Part shown: positions 29,241 to 38,288 of the stretch, one piece after another
How the letters are laid out: the number at the start of each line of letters is the position of its first letter
Position numbering within the stretch: the first letter of the stretch is position 1
DNA from: a virus
Lineage: Duplodnaviria > Heunggongvirae > Uroviricota > Caudoviricetes
DNA length: 64,000 nt
IMG/VR virus record: IMGVR_UViG_3300031088_000735
Reading direction: 5' to 3' (one strand)
Position numbers and translations under genes: made by a program
The notes under the pieces: generated by a model
Told to the model about the DNA's origin: nothing
The model's database searches: none
The model's input: only the letters and a program-made list of their open reading frames with translations

Positions 29241-31106
29241 TTACGGTGAAACGACAACTGTTAATGTCCTTGTTGATATAACGGATAGCGATTCAGTTGA
29301 ATAGGCTGTCAACGTATACGTTAAGGTGCCAGTCGTTTGTGGGGCAATCGTTGCTTCACCTGCATAGTTAGGAATAGCATTCGCTCCAGATCCTGCTAAG
29401 GTGTAGTAGACCGCATTGTTACCTGTCCACTTCAATGTCATTGGCACAAATTGTTTTTGTGTTGCTGGCCCAGTAAATGACGTAATTACAGGTGTTACGG
29501 CAACGTTTATGGTCACTGACTTTGTGGCTGTTCGTGTCACTCCTGCTAATGTTTTAGAGTTTGTTAAGGTATAAACATAGCTACCACTTGTGGATGGTGC
29601 TGTAATCACTTTTGAACTTCCTGTAACGACACCTACTGATCGATCTATGCTTAGTGTTTCAGCATTACTTACACTCCAAGATAATGTGAAGTTATTACCA
29701 CTACCCACATTACTAGCTGATGTGGTAAAACTGCTTATTGCTGGATCGTTAACTACCGTTACATCTATTTTGTCAGTAACAGAACCACCTGCATCGTTTT
29801 TCGCTGTCATTGTGTATGTATAAGTGCCTGCGGCTGTTGGTGTGATACTAATGAATGATGTTGATCCCATATCAACTGTCCCACTTATACCAGAGCCACT
29901 ACCACCACTGCTCTTAATGGTATACCCAGTTGCTCCTGTTGCCATGACTTGCAAAGAAAAAGGGGCATTTCTAAACACGGTAGTAGAGCCTTTTATACTG
30001 GTTATAACAGGTGCTGGCACTAATACGGATACTGCTATTCCACGGGTTACAGACCCGCCAGCAGGGTTCGTGGCAACCATTATGTAGTTAGTAGTGCTGG
30101 ATACTGCACTGCTTGTAATCGTCATTGCTCCCCCTGTTTTTGGAGCACCATTGAGCACATAAGTAGAAACTCCATCATCATTCCAAACAAAGTTTAATTC
30201 TGTATTCGGAGCTACCGTTATTCCACAGCAAACCCCATTGACTGCAAGAGCACTTAATGATGGCATTGCATACACATCGACTACTTTTTCACTACTAATG
30301 ACTAATCCATTAAAACTGGTTACTTCCAGTTTGTATGTGAATTGTCCCGGTGTTGAAAATGGAACGGCTCTTGAACCTAATTCAGTTTCGTTAGTCCCAT
30401 TAAATTTCACAATTTGAGAATCTTTCACATCCCAACTAAACGTGGCTGAATCTCCTACGCTAGCTTTTGTTTTATCTACAATGAAACTGTTAATAACAGC
30501 AGTGGATTCAACTTCTATTGTGACTGTTTTTGTGATGTTTCCTTGACCCTCGTAACCGTATGCAATCAAAGTGTAGGTTGCTGTTACATTCGGCATGATG
30601 CTGTAGCTGGTATTGGTGTATTCTGTTTTACTCAACAACCCTACAATTTCTATAAATTCTACGTTTTCTGTATTCCATATTAAATTAACTGCATCACCTC
30701 TTCCGATTTTTAATGCACTCGCAGTAAATTCTGCCGTAGGTGCTGGCTGGTTGACGCTTATACTGATTTGTTGTGTGGTTGTTTCGCCACCGTGTTTAAT
30801 AACGACTGTATAGGTGGTGTTGACGGTAGGTGATAAATGAAAAGTGCCGGATTTATTAGTAGATGTGTACGATGAATATCCCTGAATACTTATCTCTTCC
30901 AAATCATTGTAATTCCAATTCAGTGCGGCGGTGTTACCTCTATTTATTACATTGGGTGTTACTTTTAAATCTCTTACAGGTTGTTGCGGTGTTTCTGTTC
31001 TGCCTGAGAATCCTTCTTGTGGCAATGGTATCATCACTGTATATTCTGCGGAAGCTATTCCAGTTGACATCATTATCATCAATAAGCTTATTATTTTTCT
31101 ATTCAT
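29241..31106 (-). CDS. secreted Thr/Ser-rich protein with repeated Ig/PKD-like beta-sandwich units (adhesin-like)
   Basis: Signal peptide ending IASA then EYTVMIPL; repeats such as VINSFIVDK..SATFSWDV, AISSFTTS..NFTLSWSV, VITSFTGP..MTLKWTG. Confidence 0.8.
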   Translation of the reverse strand: MNRKIISLLMIMMSTGIASAEYTVMIPLPQEGFSGRTETPQQPVRDLKVTPNVINRGNTAALNWNYNDLEEISIQGYSSYTSTNKSGTFHLSPTVNTTYTVVIKHGGETTTQQISISVNQPAPTAEFTASALKIGRGDAVNLIWNTENVEFIEIVGLLSKTEYTNTSYSIMPNVTATYTLIAYGYEGQGNITKTVTIEVESTAVINSFIVDKTKASVGDSATFSWDVKDSQIVKFNGTNETELGSRAVPFSTPGQFTYKLEVTSFNGLVISSEKVVDVYAMPSLSALAVNGVCCGITVAPNTELNFVWNDDGVSTYVLNGAPKTGGAMTITSSAVSSTTNYIMVATNPAGGSVTRGIAVSVLVPAPVITSIKGSTTVFRNAPFSLQVMATGATGYTIKSSGGSGSGISGTVDMGSTSFISITPTAAGTYTYTMTAKNDAGGSVTDKIDVTVVNDPAISSFTTSASNVGSGNNFTLSWSVSNAETLSIDRSVGVVTGSSKVITAPSTSGSYVYTLTNSKTLAGVTRTATKSVTINVAVTPVITSFTGPATQKQFVPMTLKWTGNNAVYYTLAGSGANAIPNYAGEATIAPQTTGTLTYTLTAYSTESLSVISTRTLTVVVSP

Positions 31107-31326
31107 GATATATAAAAGATGTTATACTTATTATATATATTATAGTATAAAAAGATGAGTGCAATGGATTTATTTCAATTTATTTTTAATTTTTTCCTCT
31201 ATAAATAGGAAAAATGATTCGACAACCTATCATAAAACTCAATTTCTCATGCAACAAAAAAATTGATTTTGCATTATTTTTGTTGTATAATCCGATTTCG
31301 AATTATCAAAATAGGTTTGTTATAAA

Positions 31327-31755
31327 ATGAATAAAATAACTCCGATGTTTTTAACATTTGCTATCTTGGCATTGTTTGGTTTGAGCTATTTTTCTTCCAA
31401 TCAGGCTAACGATAGACAAATTGATAGAACTCGCAATTTTGTCCTATTTGAAACCAAAATTGTTGAAAAACGACATAACAAAATACCTTACAATGTCATT
31501 GAAGGTCAATTCTTTGACATTTTCAGTAATCGAACCTTTACTGCAGAAATTGATAATGATTTGCAAGAAGCTTTCTTGAAAGCTGGCAAAGCTATTGATG
31601 TTCGACGCTCCTTTAATTTGGATACCATTGAAAGGACACCTTCTCTTGGAGCTGCTTATAGAATGGTTAGTGGTTTCTTGCTTTTGTTGGGTTTTTATAC
31701 TTTGATTGATGGATTATTTATCAATCGAAAACTGATGATCAAGCCTCAATATTGA
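31327..31755 (+). CDS. two-TM membrane protein (894 family)
   Basis: TM-(IEGQFFDIFSNRTFTAEIDNDL)-TM. Confidence 0.8.
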   Translation: MNKITPMFLTFAILALFGLSYFSSNQANDRQIDRTRNFVLFETKIVEKRHNKIPYNVIEGQFFDIFSNRTFTAEIDNDLQEAFLKAGKAIDVRRSFNLDTIERTPSLGAAYRMVSGFLLLLGFYTLIDGLFINRKLMIKPQY

Positions 31756-31812
31756 TTGAATATTTTATGTTTTTTAGTATAATCCATTCATGTTTTTTTT
31801 ATAGGTGAATTT

Positions 31813-32304
31813 ATGAAAATTAATAAAATTGTTGTTTTATTGCTAACATGTGTCATTATCTCAGCATTAATTTCCAGTTACCTGATGTTTCAGGAGTCTT
31901 CTATCCGAACCGCGAAGACGTTGCGGGATGTCACCTTGTATGACACGTCCGTCTCTACTTATCAAGCAAAAAGTAACACCATTGTTAACACAAATGGTTA
32001 TTTTTTGGACAAAGCTACAAACCTCAAATTTACAGCGTCTATTCAAGATAAGCTCTATCGTGAGTTTCAAGAAGGTAAAAATAAACCTATTGATATTCAG
32101 CGGGAATTTAGCCTTGATAATATTGAAAGTAAATCAGATGGTTTGATTATGAAGCTTTGTGCCACTCTATTGCTTGTTATGCTGGTGGGTGGTTTAGGTT
32201 GTGTTGTTATTATTAATCTGCAAGCAAGGCGTGTTGCGATAATAGAAAAACGTGTTGGTGCAGTAGAAAATAAATATAACTCCCGTAATGAAGGCACTTT
32301 TTAA
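31813..32304 (+). CDS. two-TM membrane protein (894 family)
   Basis: VTLYDTSVS..NGYFLDKATNLKFTASIQDKLYREF. Confidence 0.8.
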   Translation: MKINKIVVLLLTCVIISALISSYLMFQESSIRTAKTLRDVTLYDTSVSTYQAKSNTIVNTNGYFLDKATNLKFTASIQDKLYREFQEGKNKPIDIQREFSLDNIESKSDGLIMKLCATLLLVMLVGGLGCVVIINLQARRVAIIEKRVGAVENKYNSRNEGTF

Positions 32305-32454
32305 TATATTGGTTGCTGATTACACACAATCTTCGATTAAAGACACTTGGGCAAAACGAAAATTAAAAACGGCTGAAACTCCTACATAAGTCTTTACTCG
32401 AAACCTGCTTTTTGCTATAATCATTCCCTACAAATGACCAAATGAGTAATCGCC

Positions 32455-32643
32455 ATGACTAAACAAGTAATCACCGATACTGCGAAAATGAACCTCATCA
32501 ATGCCATCAAAAGTGAGTTGGCAAATGATGCGAACGAACAGCATGATACTGCAGCTTATGGTCGTGTGGGCGTCTACAAAATGACCGAAGAACAGCTTCT
32601 GACTGAGTTTAAAAGCTTTGGTCTTGACCCTTACGAGGTTTGA
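32455..32643 (+). CDS. small hypothetical protein
   Basis: 62-aa ORF with promoter-like upstream sequence. Confidence 0.65.
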   Translation: MTKQVITDTAKMNLINAIKSELANDANEQHDTAAYGRVGVYKMTEEQLLTEFKSFGLDPYEV

Positions 32644-32646
32644 ATT

Positions 32647-32925
32647 ATGATTAAGTGTGTAACCTTGCGGGACTCCGCTGGCAGAATTAAAACCTTTTCC
32701 AAGAATCAAGATTTTTCAGCCTATGAACAGCACAAATGGAGTCTTGGCATCGGTGCTGATGGTAAGATGGTTACTTACTTAACCATCGGACAAGATTCTT
32801 TAATGACGCTGAGCTTTGGCAGTCATGATAGTTTTCTGTCTATCCATATTTTTGCAGGTGATTACTTCACTTTGGAAGAAGAAGGTGCTCCGATTGTTAA
32901 TCCTTTGACTCCACTGGCTTCTTGA
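32647..32925 (+). CDS. small hypothetical protein
   Basis: GAGG SD; directly follows the previous gene. Confidence 0.65.
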   Translation: MIKCVTLRDSAGRIKTFSKNQDFSAYEQHKWSLGIGADGKMVTYLTIGQDSLMTLSFGSHDSFLSIHIFAGDYFTLEEEGAPIVNPLTPLAS

Positions 32926-33190
32926 TATGCAAATGAGTTCAGTAACCATTAAGAATCATTCTTCGCAATCAGAATGGGCTTTCATGATGAACTTATCGTT
33001 TGCTGAGTGCATGATAGTTGCATCAAAGGTAGCTCTTTACCATCAATTGTGTCAAAAATACAATATTTGATGATAAAAGTTCTTTCAAATAGGTCAACTT
33101 CGGTTGGCCTTTTTTATTGAAACTCTTATTTTTGTTGCCTTTGAGCTTAGTTTTTGCTATAATTCCTGCAATTAAACAGAGATCATTATT

Positions 33191-33625
33191 ATGAACGCTA
33201 AACATCTTCTCAGCTATCTTGAAAGTTACCAGACTTATCAAGGACTCAAAAAAGACATGGAAGATATTTTCACTCAGGTCACTTTTGATCCGGTGAAAAA
33301 TAAAGCGGATATTGATCAAATCAATTCGATAATCAAAGATCATGAACAGTCTATGACTTTTGAACAAGAAGCTTTTGATCAGGAATGTGGTTTTCACATT
33401 GACCTTGCCGTGGTTGATCATCATATCCTCTATTCGGCTTTGAAAGAGCTGAAAGAAGAATCGAATCACCTCAGTGGTATGGCTGAAGCATGGGAATCCG
33501 ACGATCCCTATGCTATGGCCGAAAATGATCCCGGCTTGCAGTTTGAGCAAGGTAATAAGGTTGAAAGCCTTTGGGATGATTTTAACAACAAATTCAACAA
33601 AAAAAATAAACAGGAGAATGTATGA
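33191..33625 (+). CDS. acidic hypothetical protein
   Basis: TGCTATAAT promoter; ATGA overlap with the next gene. Confidence 0.8.
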   Translation: MNAKHLLSYLESYQTYQGLKKDMEDIFTQVTFDPVKNKADIDQINSIIKDHEQSMTFEQEAFDQECGFHIDLAVVDHHILYSALKELKEESNHLSGMAEAWESDDPYAMAENDPGLQFEQGNKVESLWDDFNNKFNKKNKQENV

Positions 33626-33924
33626 TTAAAAAAATTATTTTGGCTTTGGTCTTAGTTTGTTGCTCTATTTCAGCTCAGGCGAGAGACACCTACGATATCA
33701 CTGGGAATTACAACTTGCCATCTGATATGTTAGATTGTAAAATTTATCAAATGAGAGATGGTCTTTTGTCACCTATTTTGTATGTAACCAAGTGTCCGCT
33801 GTCAAAAACATCAACCACAGTTTCTAAAAAAAATCCAACCACCACCATTCTGGATTATGATGAAGATGTGCCAGAATCACCTATTATCCAAATGAATGGC
33901 AAGCGTTATATGGAAATCAAATAG
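33622..33924 (+). CDS. secreted small protein with two Cys pairs
   Basis: AGGAG SD; signal peptide ending AQA; LDCKIY..LYVTKCPLSKTSTT. Confidence 0.75.
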   Translation: MIKKIILALVLVCCSISAQARDTYDITGNYNLPSDMLDCKIYQMRDGLLSPILYVTKCPLSKTSTTVSKKNPTTTILDYDEDVPESPIIQMNGKRYMEIK

Positions 33925-34170
33925 TTTTTGTAATTCTTCTCAAAAGAGAGCTTCGGCTCTCTTTTTTTCTTTTGATTTAGCATTGATTATTGAGTTAATT
34001 TGACTTTGTTTTTTTGAATGTTATTCTATTTTTAAGGTTTTTACAACCTTGCCATGTAGACTAGAAGGCGAAGCGACAGCAGTAATTAAATATCAATTAA
34101 AATCAATCTTCTTTAACGATCATTGATGTCATCTACAGCCATTTTCCGATCATAATTAAGGAATATAACG

Positions 34171-34962
34171 ATGAACTCAAATAATATAACATTAAACAAC
34201 CAAAATCTTACGGTATCTAAGAAAAACTTAAAAAAATCTTTGGAAGCTATGGGGATTGAGATAACACTTTCAAACTCAGCTAACATATTAGCTCAAACTT
34301 TTGGTTTTAAACATGAGCATGAATTACAAGAAAACTTAAAAAAAACCATTTTTGAACAAGATGATTATGAACTACTGTCATTTTATTTTGATGAACTTCT
34401 AGAACTCTTTGAGCTTGGGGTTAATTTAATAGCAAAATATAAAAACAATACTTTTAATATTTTTGATTCAGTCAATTCTGGAATTACATCTTTTGATGAT
34501 TTTACTGTACAGAAAATACATGAAATTAGAGATCTATTTAAAACAAATAAAGATATTATTATTCATTCTGGCATGAATTTGCCATACTTTAGAGTTGTTA
34601 GACGATTATTTAATACAGTAAGCCTTAGAAACCTAGGCAAAGAAAATCATGATTTCTATTTGTTTTACCAGTTCTATAATTATCATAATATTGAACCTTA
34701 TTTTTTAATGAAGAACGAACATAGGAAAGATTCTTATTTTCAACCAAAATCATTTGAACATGACATTAATTGTTACCATTCGGATTATGATGGGTCATTT
34801 GCACCTACAAAAAAAGTGGATCGATCAGTTGAAAGTTATGACAAGCTTTCTGGTATTCTTATTAAACGTGACATTTATTCTATAGGCTGCGAAAAAATAG
34901 ATGTCGGTCAATCATTTCATAGCCATTCTTATGCAAGAATCAATAAAAAACAATCTTTATAG
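34171..34962 (+). CDS. protein with an N-terminal small helical domain of the so-called glyoxalase-superfamily type
   Basis: KNLKKSLEAMGIEITLSNSANILAQTFGFKHEHEL fits the pattern K.L...L...G..L.hS..L..hA...GF..W..L. Confidence 0.6.
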   Translation: MNSNNITLNNQNLTVSKKNLKKSLEAMGIEITLSNSANILAQTFGFKHEHELQENLKKTIFEQDDYELLSFYFDELLELFELGVNLIAKYKNNTFNIFDSVNSGITSFDDFTVQKIHEIRDLFKTNKDIIIHSGMNLPYFRVVRRLFNTVSLRNLGKENHDFYLFYQFYNYHNIEPYFLMKNEHRKDSYFQPKSFEHDINCYHSDYDGSFAPTKKVDRSVESYDKLSGILIKRDIYSIGCEKIDVGQSFHSHSYARINKKQSL

Positions 34963-35022
34963 GGATTGTTTTTTGATGGTTTTAATGGTAATATTACGCT
35001 ATACATCTTAGGAGATCTCCAA

Positions 35023-35280
35023 ATGCCACCGATTAAATATTGGGTCAATGACAAGTCGCGTATGTGCTCTATGACGATGGGAGAGCAAGAATCTGCTGAT
35101 AACATTAAGGCGGGCTTCCGTGAAGTGACTGCAGAAGAACAAGACGCTTTCCGTGCCGAAACCAAGGCTTTGAAGGCCGCTAAAACTTCCAAGAAAGGCA
35201 AGAGTAAAGAACAGGCTGGTTTGGTTATTAATGCTACTGCGGCAGAACTGACGAAGCTCGTTGAAGATTTTAACAAATAA
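35023..35280 (+). CDS. small hypothetical protein
   Basis: AGGAG SD before ATG 35023. Confidence 0.75.
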   Translation: MPPIKYWVNDKSRMCSMTMGEQESADNIKAGFREVTAEEQDAFRAETKALKAAKTSKKGKSKEQAGLVINATAAELTKLVEDFNK

Positions 35281-35325
35281 CATCAACAAAATTATAACAA
35301 TTACACTAATTAGGAGATAGTTACA

Positions 35326-35535
35326 ATGGCTGAATCACATCCAGACGCAGGTTTGAGCAAACAAGATTATTACCGCCAAGCCCGCCATGAGGTCAATCAA
35401 GAGTTTGATAAACGCATTGAGAAAAAATCATTTTTCGATTCGAAAAAATCCATTGAGGCTGATCGTGAAAAGGCTTTGAAAAAAGTTCATGATGATCATT
35501 GGGGTGGTGGCGGCTACGGTGGTTTCTGCGACTAA
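35326..35535 (+). CDS. small helical protein ending GGGGYGGFCD
   Basis: AGGAG SD; related to 35651 and 35918. Confidence 0.75.
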   Translation: MAESHPDAGLSKQDYYRQARHEVNQEFDKRIEKKSFFDSKKSIEADREKALKKVHDDHWGGGGYGGFCD

Positions 35536-35650
35536 ACAGACGCTCATTAAAAAAATAGACACTTAGGTGTCTTTTTTTTGTTTAAAATAATTGTGTATTA
35601 ACGTTATTTTTGATATAATTTCACCATATTAATTGAGTCGAGTATTGATT

Positions 35651-35845
35651 ATGGCATTTTTTGAAGGTGGTGGTAGTTCTCGTATTCATCAGGATGTTGC
35701 TGATGTTCATAAGCGTTTTGACGCTGCTGTTAAATCGGCTACTACAGATAGCCAAAAACGTCATCTAGAAGCTGAACGTTCAGAAGCTGTCCGCTCCGTT
35801 TGTAAGCGTTATGGACAGACTGGTAATGGTGGGTTTCTCGAATAA
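35651..35845 (+). CDS. small helical protein ending GNGGFLE
   Basis: Own promoter; similar length and GGF end to 35326. Confidence 0.7.
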   Translation: MAFFEGGGSSRIHQDVADVHKRFDAAVKSATTDSQKRHLEAERSEAVRSVCKRYGQTGNGGFLE

Positions 35846-35917
35846 TTCTTCATTTTCTGTTGGTTGACTAACTCCTTATTTGTGCTAATTTAAAAATTTA
35901 CACAAACAGGAGTTTAT

Positions 35918-36307
35918 ATGTCAAAACAACAGGATGAAAACACAAATATTCAAGATACATTTTACAATGATGGCGTTCTATTGATTAATCGTCATTATAA
36001 TAATGAATTGTTGACCAAATCTTTTCTGACCTCAAAAAAGTCAATTGAGCGATCTCGTTTACTGGATTTGAAGAAGCTTCAACAAGATCGAGATAATCTC
36101 AAAAAGAAAAACAACCCAGTCCTTTTGGATGATGTTGCAAGTGAGCGAGAAGCCGTTTATCAGAAATCCGTTAAGCTTATTAATGATTTTTTTGACAAAA
36201 AGATGTTGAAAAAAAGCTTGTTTTCTTCTATAATAGCGATACAAATGGCTCGTAACGTAGAGCTAGATAAACTTGAAAAGAAATTCTTTGTTAAAAATCT
36301 TCGATAA
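35918..36307 (+). CDS. hypothetical protein with two copies of the KSF..SKKSIE..R unit
   Basis: AGGAG SD; KSFLTSKKSIERSR versus KSFFDSKKSIEADR in 35326. Confidence 0.75.
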   Translation: MSKQQDENTNIQDTFYNDGVLLINRHYNNELLTKSFLTSKKSIERSRLLDLKKLQQDRDNLKKKNNPVLLDDVASEREAVYQKSVKLINDFFDKKMLKKSLFSSIIAIQMARNVELDKLEKKFFVKNLR

Positions 36308-36333
36308 CTACCACTTCATTTAGGTGCCTTTTC

Positions 36334-36798
36334 ATGAAAAGCTATATCATCTCTCAACATTCAGCGATTGATTATGAAGGCACTACTAGCAGCCCAGTGG
36401 CTATCCGTCATGGTGATGAGGCTAATGTGATTGCAGAGGTGGATATTTTGAATGCTCACGTTACGACTGATCGTGATGATTTGGTTACTCATTACTACAC
36501 CTACACTGAACTGCCAGAATCCGGTTTTGGCAAAACGTTTGACCTTCCTTCCAAAAAAGCAGAATACAACTTGATTTCCTTCAGGAATATCATGGAACAA
36601 GATATTGAGCGTGACCATGTTTTTTACAATCATGGTAAAGAAAACACGTTTTGCAGCCGTCATGACAACTTTAAAGATTATGTTCTTAAACAGACCCGTT
36701 GCAGAAACCACACTGCTGGTCTAACCGAAGAACAGATTGAAGCTGTCTTTGACGATGTTTTTGCCAACTATGTAAAAAGAGGCATCAGGTTGGTATAA
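36334..36798 (+). CDS. hypothetical protein
   Basis: AGGTG SD; terminator downstream. Confidence 0.75.
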   Translation: MKSYIISQHSAIDYEGTTSSPVAIRHGDEANVIAEVDILNAHVTTDRDDLVTHYYTYTELPESGFGKTFDLPSKKAEYNLISFRNIMEQDIERDHVFYNHGKENTFCSRHDNFKDYVLKQTRCRNHTAGLTEEQIEAVFDDVFANYVKRGIRLV

Positions 36799-36904
36799 TC
36801 TTCATTTTGTTTTCAAAAAGGTCACTTCGGTAGCCTTTTTTTATTGCTTCATTTCTCATTTTTTGATAGAATAGCGGTATATATAATAGAACGGATTAAT
36901 TACC

Positions 36905-37267
36905 ATGAGCAAGAGATCAAAAGCAGGCAAAGGACATTCAATCCCAAGTCGTGTTGTTTTTGCTGTCACCATTGATACAGATGATGATTTTACGGTCGAT
37001 GGTAACACTCAGGTTAAACGAAGCGTCACCGTTTCGAGAAAAGGTGATGTGGTTGTCAGCTTTGTTCAATACCTGTTGGATCTGCATTATGAGTCGAGTG
37101 CTCGCAATGCGTTCAAAGTGGATGACTTCAAAAAAATGATTGGTAGCTTGGATTTTAAGTCTGCCATTCAAAAGCTGCTGTTGCCAGAAGAACATTTTGA
37201 TTTCACTTCGCGGGTGATGGCTGGTGGTAATCATACGATTGTGGTGACTTTGGAAGAAATTGTTTAA
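36905..37267 (+). CDS. hypothetical protein
   Basis: 120-aa ORF with promoter and SD-like sequence. Confidence 0.75.
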   Translation: MSKRSKAGKGHSIPSRVVFAVTIDTDDDFTVDGNTQVKRSVTVSRKGDVVVSFVQYLLDLHYESSARNAFKVDDFKKMIGSLDFKSAIQKLLLPEEHFDFTSRVMAGGNHTIVVTLEEIV

Positions 37268-37274
37268 AAAGAGG

Positions 37275-37303
37275 TTGACGATGTAGGTGTTTTCATCTAT
37301 AAT
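37275..37303 (+). promoter_or_regulatory. sigma70-like promoter for the tRNA-like pair
   Basis: TTGACG-17 nt-TATAAT. Confidence 0.75.
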
Positions 37304-37424
37304 GGTCATCACAAGTTAGGGGAAACCATAACTTAATGGTTGTAAAAAAGATGTGGATTATTTTAAGATTCTCATAATCTGTATCGAGGGGCGTAGGAGA
37401 AATTTTACGCTTTGTCTGTTCCAC

Positions 37425-37497
37425 AGAGGTGTATATCAGTCGGTAGATAATCTCTCTAGCAGAGAGAAGGTCGCGGGTTCAAGTCCCGTCACTGATG
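37425..37497 (+). tRNA. tRNA-like gene, anticodon AGC (Ala), irregular acceptor stem
   Basis: D-stem TATC/GATA with GG in loop; anticodon stem TCTCT/AGAGA, loop CT-AGC-AG; T-arm GCGGG-TTCAAGT-CCCGT; acceptor has two purine mismatches; no encoded CCA. Confidence 0.7.
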
Positions 37498-37525
37498 TGG
37501 ATTTAGGCCGAGAGGTCAGGACGTA

Positions 37526-37599
37526 TACGGTGTATATCAGCGGCCTAGATAATTTCTCTAATCGAGAAAAGGACGTAGGTTCAAATCCTACCACTGTAT
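37526..37599 (+). tRNA. tRNA-like gene, anticodon AAT (Ile), unusual C37
   Basis: Acceptor TACGGTG/CACTGTA; D-stem TATC/GATA; anticodon stem TTTCT/AGAAA, loop CT-AAT-CG; T-arm GTAGG-TTCAAAT-CCTAC; no encoded CCA. Confidence 0.75.
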
Positions 37600-37614
37600 T
37601 GCAAGAACCAAAAA

Positions 37615-37630
37615 GACTTCTTCGGAAGTC
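37615..37630 (+). terminator. terminator after the tRNA-like pair
   Basis: GACTTC-TTCG-GAAGTC followed by a T-run. Confidence 0.85.
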
Positions 37631-37707
37631 TTTTTTTTGCTTTATTTTTAATGTTGATGTATAATAGGCTTTAATTTTATACTTTCAATGGAAAAGGAGT
37701 TTTAATT

Positions 37708-37875
37708 ATGAATTCAAATATTCGGTTGGTATTTGTCATTATTTTACTGGTCGCTTTCACCGCTTATTTTTCTATCAAAGGCACTTTCCATGTCGTAAGT
37801 ATTAATTGCGACAAAAATGGGACTATCTTTATTGATAATGTTGAATACAAGTGCGTGGCTGTTAAAAAAGAATAA
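37708..37875 (+). CDS. 55-aa single-TM protein with two Cys (not in the ORF track)
   Basis: AAGGAG SD; MNSNIRLVFVIILLVAFTAYFSIKGTFHVVSINCDKNGTIFIDNVEYKCVAVKKE. Confidence 0.65.
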   Translation: MNSNIRLVFVIILLVAFTAYFSIKGTFHVVSINCDKNGTIFIDNVEYKCVAVKKE

Positions 37876-37944
37876 ATAGTTCTTTAATAATCATCTTGTA
37901 TAGTGTATAATCTATTTCTTATTTATTCCTATTTGGAGGTTTCC

Positions 37945-38217
37945 ATGTTTACTGCCGATAATGCACGATCTTTGAACAAGCTTTCGTCCGAAGAGCAAAC
38001 ACGTCTGTTGGATGATCGTATTAAACGTGAAGTTGAAGAGTCTGTTCGTTCAGGGATTACGCATGGTCATCTTCGTATTTATGATACTGACTGGTTCTTT
38101 GATTCGATTGAATATGAACTCAATCAACGTGGATTTCACAGTGTTCAAGTTCCTCGAATTATCTTGAGTGGTGATGTGTATTTCAGTTGGGCGGATGAAG
38201 AAAATCCAGACGATTAA
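37945..38217 (+). CDS. small hypothetical protein
   Basis: GGAGGT SD before ATG 37945. Confidence 0.75.
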   Translation: MFTADNARSLNKLSSEEQTRLLDDRIKREVEESVRSGITHGHLRIYDTDWFFDSIEYELNQRGFHSVQVPRIILSGDVYFSWADEENPDD

Positions 38218-38288
38218 TCTGTTTTTTGATTGTCTTGGTTTTAAAATTCTGCTATACTCATTCCATTATTCAATGAAAGAGATAGCCA

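Noticed and set aside
32288-33070. Tiny ORFs at 32288..32389 (33 aa) and 32927..33070 (47 aa)
   Set aside because: Open frames that fill gaps but have weak SD and no homology or motif support.
33023-33550. 175-aa minus-strand ORF
   Set aside because: Antisense shadow of 33191..33625 crossing a terminator and promoter; no SD.
37353-37664. 103-aa ORF with an internal repeat (VYQSVDNLSSREK / YISGLDNFSNREK)
   Set aside because: It runs through the two tRNA-like genes and the terminator; the repeat is just the duplicated cloverleaf.
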